DNA of 63,981 bases, counting the filler, from an uncultured bacterium (GTDB taxonomy: Bacteria > CAYJOG01), in the NCBI GenBank assembly GCA_964371695.1. It is 19 parts of 19 records of this genome, joined end to end, with 100 filler letters (N's around TTAATTAATTAA, not from the genome) between each part and the next. Parts side by side here need not be neighbours in the genome. Positions count along the whole stretch, not along the records: positions 1 to 3,415 come from CAYJOG010000384.1; positions 3,516 to 6,919 come from CAYJOG010000385.1; positions 7,020 to 10,420 come from CAYJOG010000386.1; 16 more parts are not named here. One strand, given 5' to 3'. Every line of letters begins with the position of its first letter. Position 1 is the stretch's first letter. Position numbers and translations under genes: made by a program. This document shows, in pieces, positions 1-10,165 of the stretch. The notes below the pieces were generated by a model. That model made no database searches. It worked only from the letters and a program-made list of their open reading frames with translations, and was not told the origin of the DNA.

Positions 1-755
1 CATTCCCCCATATCTTCCAGCGGGTCGTGATAGGGCATGAACACCAGCGTTTTTATGCCCGCTTGGGCATGGCCCCACAGACTGGCCAGCAGGGTGTCCC
101 ATTTTCCGGCAGCGGCGTCCGAGAGGGCTTTTTTGGCCCCCTTCAGCAGGGCCGCGCCGTCTTTCCCCGCCCACAACAGCGGCAACAGACCCACCGTGGT
201 GAGCACGCTGAAGCGCCCCCCCACTGCCGGGTTCATGGGCAACACCTGCCCCCCCACCCTCTCTGCCAGGGCCACAAACGGATTGGCCGCGCCGGTGGGG
301 GGGTCGCCCGTCACCACCAGTCGGCGGCCCCAGTCTTTCACTCCGGCGTTTTCAAGGGCGCTGATGAGGGTGTGCAGGTTCAGCAGGGTTTCGGTGGTGC
401 CGCCGGATTTGCTCACGGCGTGAATGGCCAAGTGCCGCAAGGGCAACTGACGGATGACCTCGCGGGTGCGGGCCGCATCGGCGTTCTCCAGAAAAAACAC
501 ATTTTTCACACCCAGCGCCCGGCACAGGCACCGCGCCCCCAGGGCGCTGCCGCCAATGCCCACCACCACCAGGGCCTTGCTGTTTTGCAGCGGGGACAGC
601 GCCGCCTGGGCTTGCGAAAGCGCCTTTTGGCTGTGGCCCAGCAGATCTGCCACAAAAGGCCAGGGGCCGTCTTTTGACAGAAAGGGCTTCAGCGCCAGCA
701 CCGGTGTTGGGCTGGCGGCTGGTGGGAGAAACTTGATTTGCAGAGGAGAAGCCAC
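1..755 (-). CDS. pgi: Glucose-6-phosphate isomerase (3' end runs off window)
   Basis: Not in ORF track. Manual translation from GTG 755 gives VVVGIGGSALGA, VSKSGGTTETL and VGGRFSVLTTVGLLP, which are PGI motifs. An in-frame TAA at 765-767 bounds the start. Confidence 0.88.
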   Translation of the reverse strand, partial: MASPLQIKFLPPAASPTPVLALKPFLSKDGPWPFVADLLGHSQKALSQAQAALSPLQNSKALVVVGIGGSALGARCLCRALGVKNVFFLENADAARTREVIRQLPLRHLAIHAVSKSGGTTETLLNLHTLISALENAGVKDWGRRLVVTGDPPTGAANPFVALAERVGGQVLPMNPAVGGRFSVLTTVGLLPLLWAGKDGAALLKGAKKALSDAAAGKWDTLLASLWGHAQAGIKTLVFMPYHDPLEDMGE

Positions 756-801
756 GACGGGATTTTACCCGGATGAGAGAATGTTCATGCGAATGGGTGG
801 C

Positions 802-885
802 GTAGGCGCCGTGTCCCCACCGCGCACAAAAAGCGAGAACCCCAGAAATTTTCTCCATTTACGGCGGTGAGGACACCACCGCTAC
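802..885. repeat. Inverted doublet of GTAG-type REP palindromes
   Basis: GTAGGCGCCGTGTCCCCACCGCGC ... GGCGGTGAGGACACCACCGCTAC; related copies at 7206-7271, 34825-34878 and 45931-45988. Confidence 0.7.
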
Positions 886-912
886 TCATGCTCCATACCT
901 TGCCACACCAGC

Positions 913-1611
913 TTATACCCCCGCCTCTTTCAACCACTGGCGCACCAGTTCGGGCGTTTTTTCTGCGGCCTTGCCCTCCAGACCCAGCCATTCTTCCCGG
1001 TCCAGATGACTGGGCAGCACCGGGTCGATCACCGCCTTTTTGGCGTGTCGGGGCACAAAATCCACCAACGAGGCGGCGGGATAAACCACCAGCGACGTGC
1101 CCACCACCAGAAAACGGTCGGCCCGCTGGCACAGGGGAATGGCGGCCTCCATGTTGGGCACGGCCTCGCCAAACCACACCACGTTGGGGCGCATTTGGCC
1201 GCCCCGCGGGCACAGGTCCCCCAGTTCAAAAAAGCCGTCCTCCCCCAGGTCCACCACAAAATCAGGATTTTTGCTGCTGCGGGCCTGGGACAAACGCCCA
1301 TGCAGGTGCAACACCCGGCTGGAACCTGCCCGCTCGTGCAGATCGTCCACGTTCTGCGTGATGATGTCCACCACATAACCCCGCTCCAGTTCCTTGAGCG
1401 CGAGATGGGCCGGATTGGGAGCCACCGCACGCAGTTGTTTCAACCGCTGGTTATAGAACCGCAGCACCTGTTCGGGATTGCGGGCAAAGGCCTGGGGTGT
1501 GGCGATTTCCTCCAGCCGGTGGCCCTCCCAAAGGCCGTCCTTGCCCCGGTAAGTGGGCAGGCCGCTTTCGGTGCTGATGCCCGCACCCGTCAACACCACC
1601 ACCCGCTCCAT
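913..1611 (-). CDS. cobB: NAD-dependent protein deacylase, Sir2 family
   Basis: GAGISTESG, TQNVDDLHERAG, LHG, RPNVVWFGE and VGTSLVVYPAA motifs. Confidence 0.93.
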   Translation of the reverse strand: MERVVVLTGAGISTESGLPTYRGKDGLWEGHRLEEIATPQAFARNPEQVLRFYNQRLKQLRAVAPNPAHLALKELERGYVVDIITQNVDDLHERAGSSRVLHLHGRLSQARSSKNPDFVVDLGEDGFFELGDLCPRGGQMRPNVVWFGEAVPNMEAAIPLCQRADRFLVVGTSLVVYPAASLVDFVPRHAKKAVIDPVLPSHLDREEWLGLEGKAAEKTPELVRQWLKEAGV

Positions 1612-1682
1612 GGCGGCATTTTATGACCAAACAGTCACCTTTTGCGCCTTTCAGGCCGATAATAAATACGAGGGTTGATGGC

Positions 1683-2681
1683 ATGATGCAAACGTGCATC
1701 TCCGAAAAAGAATCCCCGCCGGTTGCCCCGTCGCCGCCCGTGCCCGCCATGCATGAAGATGATTTTCCGCCCATCGGCGAGGCCCCCTTCGGACGACTGA
1801 TTACCCCAAGGGGCCTGTGGCGCAGCCTGCCCCGCACCAGCCTGCTGCTATTGCTGGCCCTGGCCCTGTGGGTGTTCTGGCAAGGGAGCAAACAACAACC
1901 CCCGCCGCCGCCCGATGTGCGCCCCACACTGGCGCGCACCCTGCAGGCGCTCAGGGAAACCACTTTTTCCAACCACGCCGCAGGCCTGGCCCTGAAACAC
2001 CGCGAACTGGCCGAAAAACTGGAAGAAGGCGTTTATGACACCGGCGCACGGGAAGACCTGAAACACCGCTACACCCTGTTGCGCAGAGACCTGCGGCGTC
2101 TCACGGCCCTGGCGGCAGACCTGCACCCCCCGGCAGCACCGCCCAACCTTTCCTTTTCCTTCGACGCCCCCAATGCCGATGCCCTGCCTTCGGCCTCCAA
2201 CGAAATCCGCACCCTGGACAACCTGCTGGAACAGCTTTCGGGACAGCCGCTGAGGCCCCGGCTGGCACAGGCCCTGGGTGAGGAGTTTGTGCTGGTGGAC
2301 CCAGGCCGCCGGGAACTCAACCGCCTGTTGGTGAACCTGCCCGCCGACGGACAGGAGCAATGGAAAACCCGCTTGAAAAAAGCCCGTGGGCATTACATGA
2401 AGGGTGAACGCGCCCTGGGGCATCTGCATCTGCTGCAATTCTGCCTGGGGATTCAAAGCCAGATGAACCGGCTTGAAAACGACTATTACACCCTGCTGGA
2501 AAAAGGCCGGTTCACCGAGGCCAAGCGAATGGTCACCCCCGAAGGCCCCCTGCCCCTGCTGGCGGTGCGCTTTTTGGTGCCCGCCCTGGAAACCCTGCAC
2601 CGGGCCAGTCAGACCAACTCACGGGAAATCGAAAAAAACGCCGACCGGGCGCTGGAGCCGGTGGGCCCCGCAACTCCCTGA
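1683..2681 (+). CDS. Hypothetical single-pass membrane protein with helical soluble domain (start uncertain, 1623-1751)
   Basis: Long ORF with host-like codon use; hydrophobic LLLLLALALWVFW followed by a poly-Pro linker. Confidence 0.65.
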   Translation: MMQTCISEKESPPVAPSPPVPAMHEDDFPPIGEAPFGRLITPRGLWRSLPRTSLLLLLALALWVFWQGSKQQPPPPPDVRPTLARTLQALRETTFSNHAAGLALKHRELAEKLEEGVYDTGAREDLKHRYTLLRRDLRRLTALAADLHPPAAPPNLSFSFDAPNADALPSASNEIRTLDNLLEQLSGQPLRPRLAQALGEEFVLVDPGRRELNRLLVNLPADGQEQWKTRLKKARGHYMKGERALGHLHLLQFCLGIQSQMNRLENDYYTLLEKGRFTEAKRMVTPEGPLPLLAVRFLVPALETLHRASQTNSREIEKNADRALEPVGPATP

Positions 2682-2788
2682 TTTGTGACGCGACGGGGGC
2701 TCGCCCACCTCCGTTCCGGGGAGCAGGATTTCGCTTAGGCGGTTCAACCATTTCTGGCCGCAGCTTTATTGAAAAATGGCCTGAGAAT

Positions 2789-2967
2789 GCCCTCTCCCTG
2801 AGGGAGAGGGCGGGACATGGCGGAGTAAAAACGAAGCCATGTCCGGGTGAGGGGGAAAACAAACACCCGCCAAAACAAGGGATTTTGATAAGCCATCCGC
2901 TCCCCCTCACCCGCTGAGGGTTTCGCTTTGCTCTACCCTCAGCTGCCCTCTCCCTCAGGGAGAGGGC
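2789..2967. repeat. Inverted pair of CCCTCTCCC/GGGAGAGGG-CCCTCACCC palindromic units (repeat family A)
   Basis: GCCCTCTCCCTGAGGGAGAGGGC hairpin at both ends; the left ~70 bp is the reverse complement of ~47985-48055. Confidence 0.9.
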
Positions 2968-3033
2968 AAATGGCAACACCGTGCCATTTTTCTACATCAA
3001 GCGTGACTTTAATCTTGGTGACAGAAAGCATTC

Positions 3034-3258
3034 TCAAACCACGGGCAGACTGATGAAATTGGCCTCTTCAAAAAACTTGACCTGACGCACCAGAAACGGC
3101 ACCAGACCATATCGCGCATAACCCGCGTCCAAGGCCTCTTTCAGTGTTTCAAAAAAAGCCGCCTCGCTCTCATACACCAGGGCAAACTCCCCCTGATGCT
3201 GTTCGGCCCACTCGGTGCGGTGATTCTCAAAAAAACTGATTTCCGTTTCCGGCACCAT
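3034..3258 (-). CDS. Small acidic protein, DUF5678-like
   Basis: FFENHRTEWAEQHQGEFALVY...FFETLKEALDAGYARYGLVPFLVRQV resembles the DUF5678 pattern (from memory); lower GC than neighbours. Confidence 0.55.
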   Translation of the reverse strand: MVPETEISFFENHRTEWAEQHQGEFALVYESEAAFFETLKEALDAGYARYGLVPFLVRQVKFFEEANFISLPVV

Positions 3259-3415
3259 GAAAAAAGTGTGCGCCACCGCCCCTGTTTTGTCAAAAGCGGC
3301 GATTCAATCCTCCGCCCGAAAAACGACTCATTTACTTTTTTTCCCATACCCCGCCTGGGGGTCATAGGCTTTTTCGGCTTCGGTGAAGGGCATGGCGAGG
3401 AGCCCTGTCTGGGCT

Positions 3416-3515
3416 NNNNNNNNNNNNNNNNNNNNNNNNNNNNNNNNNNNNNNNNNNNNTTAATTAATTAANNNNNNNNNNNNNNNNNNNNNNNNNNNNN
3501 NNNNNNNNNNNNNNN
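3416..3515. other. Artificial contig spacer (first of 18; others at 6920, 10421, 13907, 17382, 20855, 24316, 27762, 31197, 34629, 38048, 41461, 44861, 48245, 51615, 54958, 58287, 61615)
   Basis: 100 nt of N-run + TTAATTAATTAA (stops in all six frames) + N-run; genes are truncated at many spacers. Confidence 0.98.
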
Positions 3516-4535
3516 GTGTTGCCGCATCAAAAGGTGGTGGCCATCACCGGCACCAACGGAAAAACCACCACCACCGAGCTGGTGCATCACCTGCTTTTGC
3601 ATGGGGGCATCCAGAGTGTGGCGGTGGGAAACATCGGTGAGCCGTGGATTTCCGCGCTCAACCCCGGTGTGCAGGTGTACGTGGTGGAGGTGAGCAGTTT
3701 TCAACTGGCGCTTTCGCGTGTTTTTCACCCCCAGGTGGCCATTCTCACCAACATCGCGTTGGACCATCTGGACTGGCACGGCTCACAGGCGGACTACGCC
3801 GCCGCCAAATGGCGCATCGCCGGGAACCAGACCGAAGACGATGTGCTGGTGTTGGGTCAGACGGGCCTGAAACCTTCTGCGCCGGTGCGGGGGCAGATAT
3901 GGCGGGCGGTGTGGGGTGAGGACGTGCAGCGGCAGTCGGACGCCCTGATTTTCAAACGGCCCCACGCCTGCCAACTGGACATCCGCAGCTTTCGCCTGAG
4001 GGGGGACCACAACCTTCAGAATCTGGCCATGGCCGCGATGGCAGTGATGGCCCTGGGTGTGATGCCTGAGCAGATTGAAGCGGCCCTGCCGGGTTTTGCG
4101 CCGTCGCCCCACCGCCAGCAGCACCTGGGCGAGGCGGGGGGCGTGTTGTTTGTCAACGACAGCAAGGGCACCAATCCCCACGCCGTGCTGGGGGCGCTTG
4201 AGAACGTGAGAAACCCCATCCTGATCTATGGCGGTTTTGACAAGGGGCTGGATGACGAAGCCTTTTTGAAACAACAGTTGCCGCGCCTGAAGGGTCTGGT
4301 GCTGCTGGGGCCTTTGGGGGCGCGCCTCTGGCCTGCTTTTGCGGGCGCGCCGGGTGTGGACCACGCCCCCACGCTGGCAGTAGCTTTTGGTCAGGCAGTG
4401 GCCCTGGCCAAGCCGGGCGACACCGTTTTATTGTCGCCAGGGAGTTCATCTTTCGACGAATTTGCGGATTATACGAAACGAGGCGATGCATTTGCCCGCC
4501 TGGTTGAACAGCACAAAAAGGAGGCCGGTTCATGA
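3516..4535 (+). CDS. murD: UDP-N-acetylmuramoyl-L-alanine--D-glutamate ligase (5' partial)
   Basis: AITGTNGKTTT, EVSSFQL, DHLDWH, NDSKGTN and LLSPG..SFDEF motifs; precedes ftsW. Confidence 0.95.
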   Translation: MLPHQKVVAITGTNGKTTTTELVHHLLLHGGIQSVAVGNIGEPWISALNPGVQVYVVEVSSFQLALSRVFHPQVAILTNIALDHLDWHGSQADYAAAKWRIAGNQTEDDVLVLGQTGLKPSAPVRGQIWRAVWGEDVQRQSDALIFKRPHACQLDIRSFRLRGDHNLQNLAMAAMAVMALGVMPEQIEAALPGFAPSPHRQQHLGEAGGVLFVNDSKGTNPHAVLGALENVRNPILIYGGFDKGLDDEAFLKQQLPRLKGLVLLGPLGARLWPAFAGAPGVDHAPTLAVAFGQAVALAKPGDTVLLSPGSSSFDEFADYTKRGDAFARLVEQHKKEAGS

Positions 4536-5920
4536 CCAGCCACGCCCTCTCTCGCCACGATCGCCACCCCCCCGACATGGGGCTGCTGGTGTGCGTATTC
4601 GCGCTCTGCACCATCGGCATCATCATGGTTTACAGCGCCTCGCAATATGAGGGCCTGCGGCAGTTCGCCAGCACCCAATATCTGGCGGGCAAGCAGATCA
4701 AGTGGTTTTTCCTGAGCATGGCGGCCTTTGTGGCGGCCTCGGTGATTGACGGGCGGGTGGTGAAGAAATATCCCTATGCCCTGGCGGGGGCGGCCCTGGT
4801 GCTGCTGTTGCTGGTGCAGGTGTTCAGCGAAAAAACCCTGGGGGCCAACAGCCGTTTTCGCATGGGGGGCATGAGCCTGCAACCCAGCGAATTCGCCAAG
4901 GTGTTCATGGTGCTGTTCTGGTCGGCGGCCCTGGCGTCGCTCAAAGAGTGGAAAGACCTGTTCAAAAGCCCGAAGGACTTCGCTCCGGCGGCGGTCATGG
5001 GCCTGTGCATTCTGCTGGTGTTCAAAGAGCCGGACATGGGAGGGGCCTCGGTGCTGGTGTTCATGGCCCTGTCGCTGCTTTACATCAAGGGCCTGCCCGT
5101 GCGGTTTTTGATGGGGGCGGGCAGCCTGCTGGGTGTGGCCTTCTGGGCCGCAGTCATCACCCGGCCCTATCGCATGGCGCGAATACTGGCGTTTCTGAAT
5201 CCCGAAGCCGACCCCCTGGGCAAGGGTTACAACGCCCTGCAAAGCATGATGTCCTTTGCCAGCGGCGGCCTGATGGGCGCAGGCCTGGGCAACGGCAAAC
5301 AGAAGTTCGACTACCTGCCCGAACAACACGCCGACTTCATCTATTCCGTGATTGGCGAGGAATGGGGCCTGCTGGGGGCGGGTCTGGTGGCCTTTTTGTT
5401 TCTGATGATTTTGTGGCGAGGCATGGCCATCGCACGGCGTCAGCAGGATGAATTCAGCCACCTGCTGGCCACGGGCATTGTGGCGCTATTGGTGGGGCAG
5501 GGGTTGCTGAACATGCTGGTGGCGGTCTCGGCGGTGCCCGCCACGGGCCTCACGCTGCCCTTTGTGAGTTACGGCGGCAGTTCACTCATGGCCAGCGCCA
5601 TCATGGCGGGTATGTTGGTGAAACTTTCTTCGTGCCGCGTCACGGGTGTGATGCAGAGTCAGGAACCCATGGACGACGTGATTCCCCTGGTGCGGGACAC
5701 CGCCCCAGACGCCATCCGCGCCCGGCCACGGCCAACTCGACCAGAGCCGGTGCAGGGCACAACGCCGCGTCTTGCGCCCTCCACTGAAGCGCCGGTGCGC
5801 AAGCCCCGGCCCACACCGGCGGCGGCCACCGTGGCGCGCAGCAGGCGGGAGGTGAGCCGTGTCGCCCAAACTGGCGCTGGTGGCCGGGGGAACCGGCGGT
5901 CATCTTTACCCCGCTATTGA
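4532..5920 (+). CDS. ftsW: Peptidoglycan glycosyltransferase FtsW (SEDS family)
   Basis: LQPSEFAK, EPDMG, YLPEQHADF, GEEWG and LPFVSYGGSS motifs; position between murD and murG. Confidence 0.95.
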   Translation: MTSHALSRHDRHPPDMGLLVCVFALCTIGIIMVYSASQYEGLRQFASTQYLAGKQIKWFFLSMAAFVAASVIDGRVVKKYPYALAGAALVLLLLVQVFSEKTLGANSRFRMGGMSLQPSEFAKVFMVLFWSAALASLKEWKDLFKSPKDFAPAAVMGLCILLVFKEPDMGGASVLVFMALSLLYIKGLPVRFLMGAGSLLGVAFWAAVITRPYRMARILAFLNPEADPLGKGYNALQSMMSFASGGLMGAGLGNGKQKFDYLPEQHADFIYSVIGEEWGLLGAGLVAFLFLMILWRGMAIARRQQDEFSHLLATGIVALLVGQGLLNMLVAVSAVPATGLTLPFVSYGGSSLMASAIMAGMLVKLSSCRVTGVMQSQEPMDDVIPLVRDTAPDAIRARPRPTRPEPVQGTTPRLAPSTEAPVRKPRPTPAAATVARSRREVSRVAQTGAGGRGNRRSSLPRY

Positions 5921-6919
5921 AACAGCGCGGGTTTGGCAACAACAAACGGGTCAGGCCCCCCTGCTGCTCACACGCGCCGGGGCCGACGCCGAAAAAGTGC
6001 GCGCCCAGGGTTTTGAGCCGGTGTGTTTTCTGAGTGCCCGTCCCCCGCAGGGCAAAAAAGATTATCCCGGTTACGCCCTGGCGCTTGTGCGGGGTGCGCT
6101 CACGGCCCGCGCCCTGTTGTCGCAGCACGGCGTCACGCACCTGCTGGGGTTCGGCAACTACATCAGTTTCGCCGCCATGGCCCTGGCCCCCCGTGGTGTG
6201 AAGCTGGCGGCCCACGAAGCCAACAGTGTGCCCGGCAAGGCCAACCTGCGCCTGCTGCCCCGCCTGAGCCGGTTGTATCTGAGTTTTGAAGATTCCCTCT
6301 CGCGCATTCCTCCCGCCCAGCAGCACAAAACAAAGGTGACGGGGTTCCCCGTGCGGCCCCTGGAAAACATGACGCAGGCCGAGGCCAAGGCCGCCTTGGG
6401 TCTGCCGCCCGATAAACCCTTGCTGGTGGTGACGGGGGGCAGTCAGGGGGCGAAAAAACTCAACGAGGTGCTGTTGCAGGCGCTGCCGCCGCCGCCCCTG
6501 ATGGTGTATTGGATAGTGGGAGACCGGGACTTTGAATGGGTGTGCAAGGCGCTGCCCGCGCCGCCGCCCAATGTGCGGCTGGTGGCTTATGAACACCGCA
6601 TGCCGCTGGTGTGGCGGGCGGCGGACATGGCGCTGTGCCGCGCCGGTGCGGGCACGCTGTTTGAGGCGTGGTCCGCCGCCGTGCCGCTGGTGCTGGTGCC
6701 CTATCCCTTTGCTGCCGAAAATCATCAGCACACCAACGCGCTGGAATGGCAGCGGCGCTTTGGTGTTCAGGTGATACCCGATGGGGAATTTTCCGCCGCT
6801 GCGTTTCAGCAGGCGTTGTCGTTGTGGACGCCCTTTGATGGCCCAGCCCTGGCGGCGGTGCATCAGGCCATGTTGTCCGCCCCCCCACCTGCCGCCGCCG
6901 CAAACATGTTGGATGATTT
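5859..6919 (+). CDS. murG: Undecaprenyldiphospho-muramoylpentapeptide N-acetylglucosaminyltransferase (3' end at spacer)
   Basis: GGTGGHLYP, HEANSVPGKAN, GGSQGA, CRAGAGT and LVPYP...HQ..N motifs. Confidence 0.95.
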
Positions 6920-7019
6920 NNNNNNNNNNNNNNNNNNNNNNNNNNNNNNNNNNNNNNNNNNNNTTAATTAATTAANNNNNNNNNNNNNNNNNNNNNNNNN
7001 NNNNNNNNNNNNNNNNNNN

Positions 7020-7271
7020 AGCCCCGGATTATCAGGGGTTTTTTGAGGTAGCCCCGGCGTCCCGCCGGGAGTGTCCACCGCGCCAAAGGCGCGCACCATT
7101 CAGATTCCTTTTCGGATCTCCCTGAAAAAACCCTGTTTGGTGACGCCTTCGGCGTTTTTTTGCTCCCGGCGGGACGCCGGGGCTACCAACAAACCTAACA
7201 TCAATAGCGGCGGTGTCCCCACCGCCGAAGCACCTTTTCTGGTTTTTGCGCGATGAGGACATCACGCCTAC
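7020..7271. repeat. Cluster of GTAG-type REP doublets
   Basis: GTAGCCCCGGCGTCCCGCCGGGAG (7048) inverted with CTCCCGGCGGGACGCCGGGGCTAC (ends 7186); 7020-7090 is near-identical to the reverse complement of 34729-34799. Confidence 0.8.
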
Positions 7272-7329
7272 TCTGTTTGGGGAGAGGGGACAATGGCTCC
7301 TTTTCAGCTTCTAACTTCCAACTTCCAAA

Positions 7330-8415
7330 ATGAAAATCCCCTACGCCATCGAGTCTCCCGCCAGGGGGCTGAAACCCATGAGCCTGCTGGTGGCCCATCA
7401 GGCTTTTCAGGAGAGCCTGCTGTGGGAGGCCCATGACCATTGGATGGGGCTGATGAAAGGGGCCGAGGTGAAATCCTTTGCGCCTGAATCGAAACTGAAG
7501 GAACTGCTGAGTGATTCTTCGGCGGGGTCGCTTTTTTCAGAGACCCGCGTGCTGCGGCAGATGCGTTTTTCCGACGGCGGCAAATGGGCCGGGGCAGACG
7601 CCCTGGCGGCGCTCAAAAACTTTTTGTCCCGCCCGCAGGAAAGCCACCTGTTCATCGCCGTAGAGGCCCCACGGGGCAAGGTGGTGTGGTTCACCCAGCT
7701 CAAAGACGTTTTCTCCAAATCCACCCACGGCCAGTTGCTGGAGATTCCCCGCCTCTACGAAAAAGACGCCAAAACCCTGGCGGCGCGCCTGTGCGGCACA
7801 CGGGGGCTGAAACCCACCGCGGGGGCCATGGCGGCCATGGTGCGCCTGACCGACAACCTGCCCGACCGGCTGGTGAACGAAATCCGCAAGCTGGCACTCT
7901 ATCTGGACGACCAGGACCCGGTGGTGAAAGAAGACACGGTGAATCTGGTGTTTGACCCCGCCACCGAAGAAAACACCTTTTCATTGCTGGACGACCTGCT
8001 CACCGGCGACCGGGGCCACCTCAAAACCCGTCTGGAACAGTTCCGCCAGCAGTCCACCAGTTTTGCGCCGCCGCTGGTGCTGGTGTCTCTGCTGCACCTG
8101 CTGGAAACATTGCTGGAAGTGGCCGCCGCCACCGAAGGGCCGCTCTTGGGCGCTGTCTCCTACAACCACGTCAAAAACGCCATGGACACCAACCGCGCCG
8201 CCTTTGGCCCACGCCTGCAGGGCCTGCACCCCTTTGTGCTGTCGCGGCACCTGGACCTCGTGCGCCGCGTGGGCAAAACCCGTCTCATCCAGAGCGCCCT
8301 GGGGCTGTATCAGCTCGACGCCGCCATCAAGGGCGCGGCCCACAGCGCGGCAGACCCCTATCGCCTGATGGGCGAATGGCTGAGCAACATGATGCCGCCG
8401 GGCAAGGCGGGATAA
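7330..8415 (+). CDS. holA: DNA polymerase III subunit delta
   Basis: SLFSETR, L.NEIRKLALY, EENTFSLLD, LHPFV and D.AIKG features; typical length (start could be 7378). Confidence 0.8.
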   Translation: MKIPYAIESPARGLKPMSLLVAHQAFQESLLWEAHDHWMGLMKGAEVKSFAPESKLKELLSDSSAGSLFSETRVLRQMRFSDGGKWAGADALAALKNFLSRPQESHLFIAVEAPRGKVVWFTQLKDVFSKSTHGQLLEIPRLYEKDAKTLAARLCGTRGLKPTAGAMAAMVRLTDNLPDRLVNEIRKLALYLDDQDPVVKEDTVNLVFDPATEENTFSLLDDLLTGDRGHLKTRLEQFRQQSTSFAPPLVLVSLLHLLETLLEVAAATEGPLLGAVSYNHVKNAMDTNRAAFGPRLQGLHPFVLSRHLDLVRRVGKTRLIQSALGLYQLDAAIKGAAHSAADPYRLMGEWLSNMMPPGKAG

Positions 8416-8439
8416 GGCGAAAACAAATGAAACATCGTT

Positions 8440-8486
8440 CCCTCTCCCCTCTGGGGAGAGGGTGGTCCGAAGGACCGGGTGAGGGG
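8440..8486. repeat. Repeat family A unit
   Basis: CCCTCTCCCCTCTGGGGAGAGGG-TGGTCCGAAGGACC-GGGTGAGGGG; flanks nearly identical to 24540-24610. Confidence 0.85.
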
Positions 8487-8569
8487 CAAAACATATACAA
8501 AAACACCAGTGGTTTTTTTCGGGATAAACCTGATGCCACGTGTTTTTCACCCGCTGTTAAACTCTCCCC

Positions 8570-8962
8570 ATGCCCTGGCCCAAAACCATCACGTTGCTGG
8601 CAGTGTTTGCCGGGGGCGGCGCGGGGTCGGTGCTGCGGTTTCTCACGGGTGAGGCCTCGGCCCGGTGGCTGGGCGCGGGTTTCCCTTTCGGCACTTTTCT
8701 GGTGAACGCCGCCGGGACTTTTCTGGCGGGGGTGCTCAGCGAATTTTTCCTGATGCAGGGCGGCCTTTCGCCGGTGTGGCGGGCGGGGCTGATGGCAGGT
8801 TTTCTGGGGGGCTTCACCACCTATTCGGCCTTCAACACCGAAACCCTGCGACTCATGGAAAAAGGAGCCTTGGGCCTGGGGGCGCTGAACGTGCTCGTCA
8901 CCGTGCTGGTGTGTGGGGCGGCGGGGGCGGCGGGCATGGCCCTTGCGCGGGGGCTGAAATAA
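8570..8962 (+). CDS. crcB: Fluoride efflux channel Fluc/CrcB
   Basis: GG.GSVLR, FPFGTFLVN and GFLGGFTTYSAF motifs; 130 aa with about four TM segments. Confidence 0.95.
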   Translation: MPWPKTITLLAVFAGGGAGSVLRFLTGEASARWLGAGFPFGTFLVNAAGTFLAGVLSEFFLMQGGLSPVWRAGLMAGFLGGFTTYSAFNTETLRLMEKGALGLGALNVLVTVLVCGAAGAAGMALARGLK

Positions 8963-8968
8963 TCTCCC

Positions 8969-10141
8969 TTACTCCCCACTGCCGATATTTTCGGCCCACG
9001 CCAATATGGCCCGGGGCATTTCGTGGCCGATGTAGAGCTTTTCTTCATAACCCCCTGTCCTGAAGTCTTCTTCGCTCAGCAGATAACCGCAGTAGCCCCC
9101 TTGCAGGCCAAACAAAAGGCCCGTCTGGGGCAACGCCTGCTGCACCTGCACCGACAGCCGGCCAAACACCTCGCCCGGCAGCGCCACGGCGGCCAGGTCT
9201 CCCAAAAAGGCGTGGCGAAAATCACACACCAGCCGCCCCGCCGCGTCGGCTTCGCCAAAACCCATCAGGGCCAGCAGGCCCATGGCGGGGCGCAACACAC
9301 GGGGCCGCGCCGGGGCCGCGCCGCTGCTGAGGCGGGGCGCAAGGGAATCCGTCAGGGGCACGGCCAGAGCCTGGGCCGCCAGCAGTTCACCAAAACGCCG
9401 CAGGGCGTGTGTGTCGTTGCCGTGGCCCGTCATGCCGATATCGGCAAAACGAGGGTTCACGTCGCCATGGGCGCGGTTGACGAACAGCGCGAGGCCCCCC
9501 GCCTGCTGCTCCACGGCGCTGCGCATCTCCCCCGGAAAATCAGGACTCACCCAGGGGCTGACCTTGCCCAGCACCACCGGATGAATGCCCACATTCACCA
9601 GCGTAAACAGCCGCTGGCCCTTTGGTGTGTCCGCCCCCAGCACGGCCAGGGTGTTGTCGTGGGGGGGGGCGTCTGGCTGGCGGCGGTTCAGGGCCAGACC
9701 CTGCAGGTCCGATTGGCCAAACGAGAGGTGGGCGGGCTGGCTGGCCTTCATGGCAGCCCGCACGGCGCGGGTCACGGCCCCCGCCAGTTGTTCTCCATAA
9801 CGGGGCGGCGGGCCACCGAACAGGCCAATCAGGTCTGGCCCGCTGTGGGTGTGGGTGCAGAAGAGCCACAGGTTCTCTGGCGGCAGACCCGTGGCTTGCG
9901 ACACCGACCGGGCAATGCGCCGGGCCACGCTGTTTTTCATGCCCAGCAGATCCATCACCACCAGGGCCAGACGGTTTTCGCCCACCTGCAGAAAAACCAC
10001 CCGCACCTGAAGCGGCGCGTGGTGCAGCGCTGCCCGCCGCCGGGGCCAGTAACCGGCCAGCCAATAGCCCATGCCGGGGGGAGTGATGTCTTCGGTGGCC
10101 AAGCCCACCAGCCAGGAGGTCATGACGCAGATTACGCCCAT
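8969..10141 (-). CDS. Neutral/alkaline ceramidase-like amidohydrolase
   Basis: DITPP, CTHTHSGPD, HPV, SPDFPG, GDVNP, PGE and GGYE motifs (start may be 10123). Confidence 0.8.
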   Translation of the reverse strand: MGVICVMTSWLVGLATEDITPPGMGYWLAGYWPRRRAALHHAPLQVRVVFLQVGENRLALVVMDLLGMKNSVARRIARSVSQATGLPPENLWLFCTHTHSGPDLIGLFGGPPPRYGEQLAGAVTRAVRAAMKASQPAHLSFGQSDLQGLALNRRQPDAPPHDNTLAVLGADTPKGQRLFTLVNVGIHPVVLGKVSPWVSPDFPGEMRSAVEQQAGGLALFVNRAHGDVNPRFADIGMTGHGNDTHALRRFGELLAAQALAVPLTDSLAPRLSSGAAPARPRVLRPAMGLLALMGFGEADAAGRLVCDFRHAFLGDLAAVALPGEVFGRLSVQVQQALPQTGLLFGLQGGYCGYLLSEEDFRTGGYEEKLYIGHEMPRAILAWAENIGSGE

Positions 10142-10165
10142 CGGCAGAAAAAACCAAAAAGGGCC

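Noticed and set aside
8490-8569. Fluoride riboswitch upstream of crcB
   Set aside because: No GGCGATGG..CGCC/CTGATG..CCTAC consensus could be assembled. The similar-looking GCGATGAGGACATCACGCCTAC near 7250 is a REP copy.
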